Source of the DNA: Podarcis tiliguerta | Taxonomy: Eukaryota | Direction: 5' to 3' (one strand) | Length of the DNA: 64,000 bases | Assembly (NCBI GenBank): GCA_965153285.1 | Contig: OZ229111.1 | In this document: one piece after another, positions 62,095-64,000 of the stretch | Numbering within the stretch: position 1 is the first letter of the stretch | How the letters are laid out: each line of letters begins with the position of its first letter | Made by a program: the position numbers and the translations under genes | The notes under the pieces: generated by a model | Database searches by the model: none | Told to the model about the DNA's origin: nothing | Seen by the model: only the letters and a program-made list of their open reading frames with translations

Positions 62095-64000
62095 AGTCAG
62101 CCTATCAAGGGGAACTTCCTACATGCAAAAACTTCGGCGAAGGAGAAAAAGAGGGCGTCCAGGAAGCAATGAGTTCACACTGAGGAAGCAGGCTGCAGCA
62201 GCCTTCTCAAAAGCTACTCTCTTAGATCCTCATTAACTGGGCTGCCGTCCAAGTTCATCTGGGCCCCAGAGAAAGGCAACGCTTGTGTTTAGACCGCACA
62301 ACACTGACATAACATTAACAGATTTACATATGCAAAAACTGTGAAGCAACAGGCATTCCCCCTCAATTGACCCACAGCTTGTTCTGGCTGCCGAGTTATT
62401 CCCTGCTTAGGTTCTGTAACCAAGTGGGTGTCATGCGACTGCCATCTGGGTACCACTTTACTTAAAGCTGGCAGTCTCTCTGCAATAGGCAAGCTGGCAG
62501 CAAGAACGAAAGGAATAAACTGCATCATTTAGTTAACATCCACTTGCTTCGCGGCTGTTAAAAACCCATGACTGAATAATAATTCGGTTATTCCTTTTGC
62601 CAATATTGTCAGCCAAATCGAGTAACGCATGCTGCAGGAATGTCAGCTTGCAACATTTCCATTAAAATTAAGCAAGAAATTTTAAAAAAGCAGCCCATAG
62701 AATGGATTGTGTGCTAAAAGGGAGGGAGAGGGAATGTTAGAACAGCGTCGATCTAAAAATAAATCGGAACTATTAACAATGGTTAGAGAACCAAGAACTT
62801 TTTTTTTAAGCCAACCAACCCAGTTAGCTGAACATCTCGAGCACTGACAACCTGCAATTAGGTGAGGAACCAGGGTCTGTGTATAAGAAAGCTTGTTAGA
62901 GTTGAACATTGCTCAGCTTCATGCCACTCAGCTGCCCTTCTCATCTGACATCTTAATCCTCAGATTCTTATCATTTCCTTCTGTCTTAACACAACTACTT
63001 TCGCACAAATCCATATTAAAGAAAGTGGCTGAAATCCTACACTGCTGAAATACAGTTAGAGCATATCCTTTTGTAAAAACCAAAAGCTTTTGAAGTAGCT
63101 TTCTCTTTGTGTCTCTGTAGTTTGCGGTAAATTAAGTTACCAATAGTAATCAATTCTTTCCCTCCAGCTTTCTCAGAACTATAAGCAGGCAGGCACACAG
63201 ATATCTCAGCAATAATCTTCTTTGGAGGCTGAGCAAAGACCCATGCTGGGTATCTTTACACTGTTGTATGGCAAAGATAACAAGTGTTTGCATTATAAAA
63301 TGAGAATACAGTCAAAAGCAGCAATTTCAGCTAGATTAATAGCTAAGAGAAGCAAAAACTACAGAGCAGGGGTCAGAGTCTGCAGACTACAGCATTTTTG
63401 ACTTTTCTTATTGCATTTTGAAAGAATGTCAGAAACGGGATTCTGAAGCGCAGAAATAATTTAAGACAAGAGATAGTAAGTGGGGAAACTTGAGTTCATT
63501 AGTAACTCACTCCCAGAATTGACAAATGCATGACAACATCCAAGATCCTTGGGGCAGAATCAAATTGCAATGCATTTAGCCCATCTCTCAGACATACTGT
63601 GGCAGTCACCAGCTTGCACTCTAGATGCTGGGTTAGCTGAAAAGAATCAGATAATGGGTGTAAAGGGTGAGGGGGTGAAAAATGGCTGTTATCTCACACC
63701 ACCCCTTTTTTTTTTCTTCAAGCACACACATTCACAATGAGAGTGTCCTGAAAGAGTCAAAATGTTCACAGGCAATATCTCATTCACTGCTCCTTGTAAA
63801 ACTAATAATGCTGAGGCAAAATAGACTGTACATTTCATGAACATTTTCTGCCCCGCAAAATGCATCCCTTTTTAAATGATTTACGTAAACAAATAATTAA
63901 AAAGTTTACCAAAAAGGCACCCAACTATTCACGAATGGATGTCTATTGTAGGAAAAGAGAGGAGAGGTCACTGAGGCAACCAAGTCTGTGGAACAATGGT

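Overview
Vertebrate non-coding DNA, most likely from a lacertid lizard (Podarcis/Lacerta-like). The basis is five full-length Sauria (Squam1) SINEs, a Squam3-like SINE, CR1/L2/L1/RTE LINE remnants, TA-flanked Tc1/mariner-pogo-type MITEs and 8-bp-TSD hAT MITEs, plus two short assembly gaps. I recognise no protein-coding exon, RNA gene or CRISPR array; the ORFs in the track look like chance or repeat-derived frames. The pattern of scattered repeats between repeat-poor unique blocks fits a very long intron or a gene desert, but I cannot name a host gene. The main leads are: (1) a recursive-splice-site-like motif on the minus strand at about 47,027 (branch point, pyrimidine tract, CAG|GTAAG); (2) a 1.14-kb ORF-less retroposed element at 15.6-16.8 kb with an 18-bp TSD and L1-type hallmarks; (3) a MEF2 + CArG + E-box cluster in unique sequence at about 61.8-62.1 kb; (4) a few isolated exon-like units. 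Repeat family names come from recognising the sequence by eye, not from a database search.
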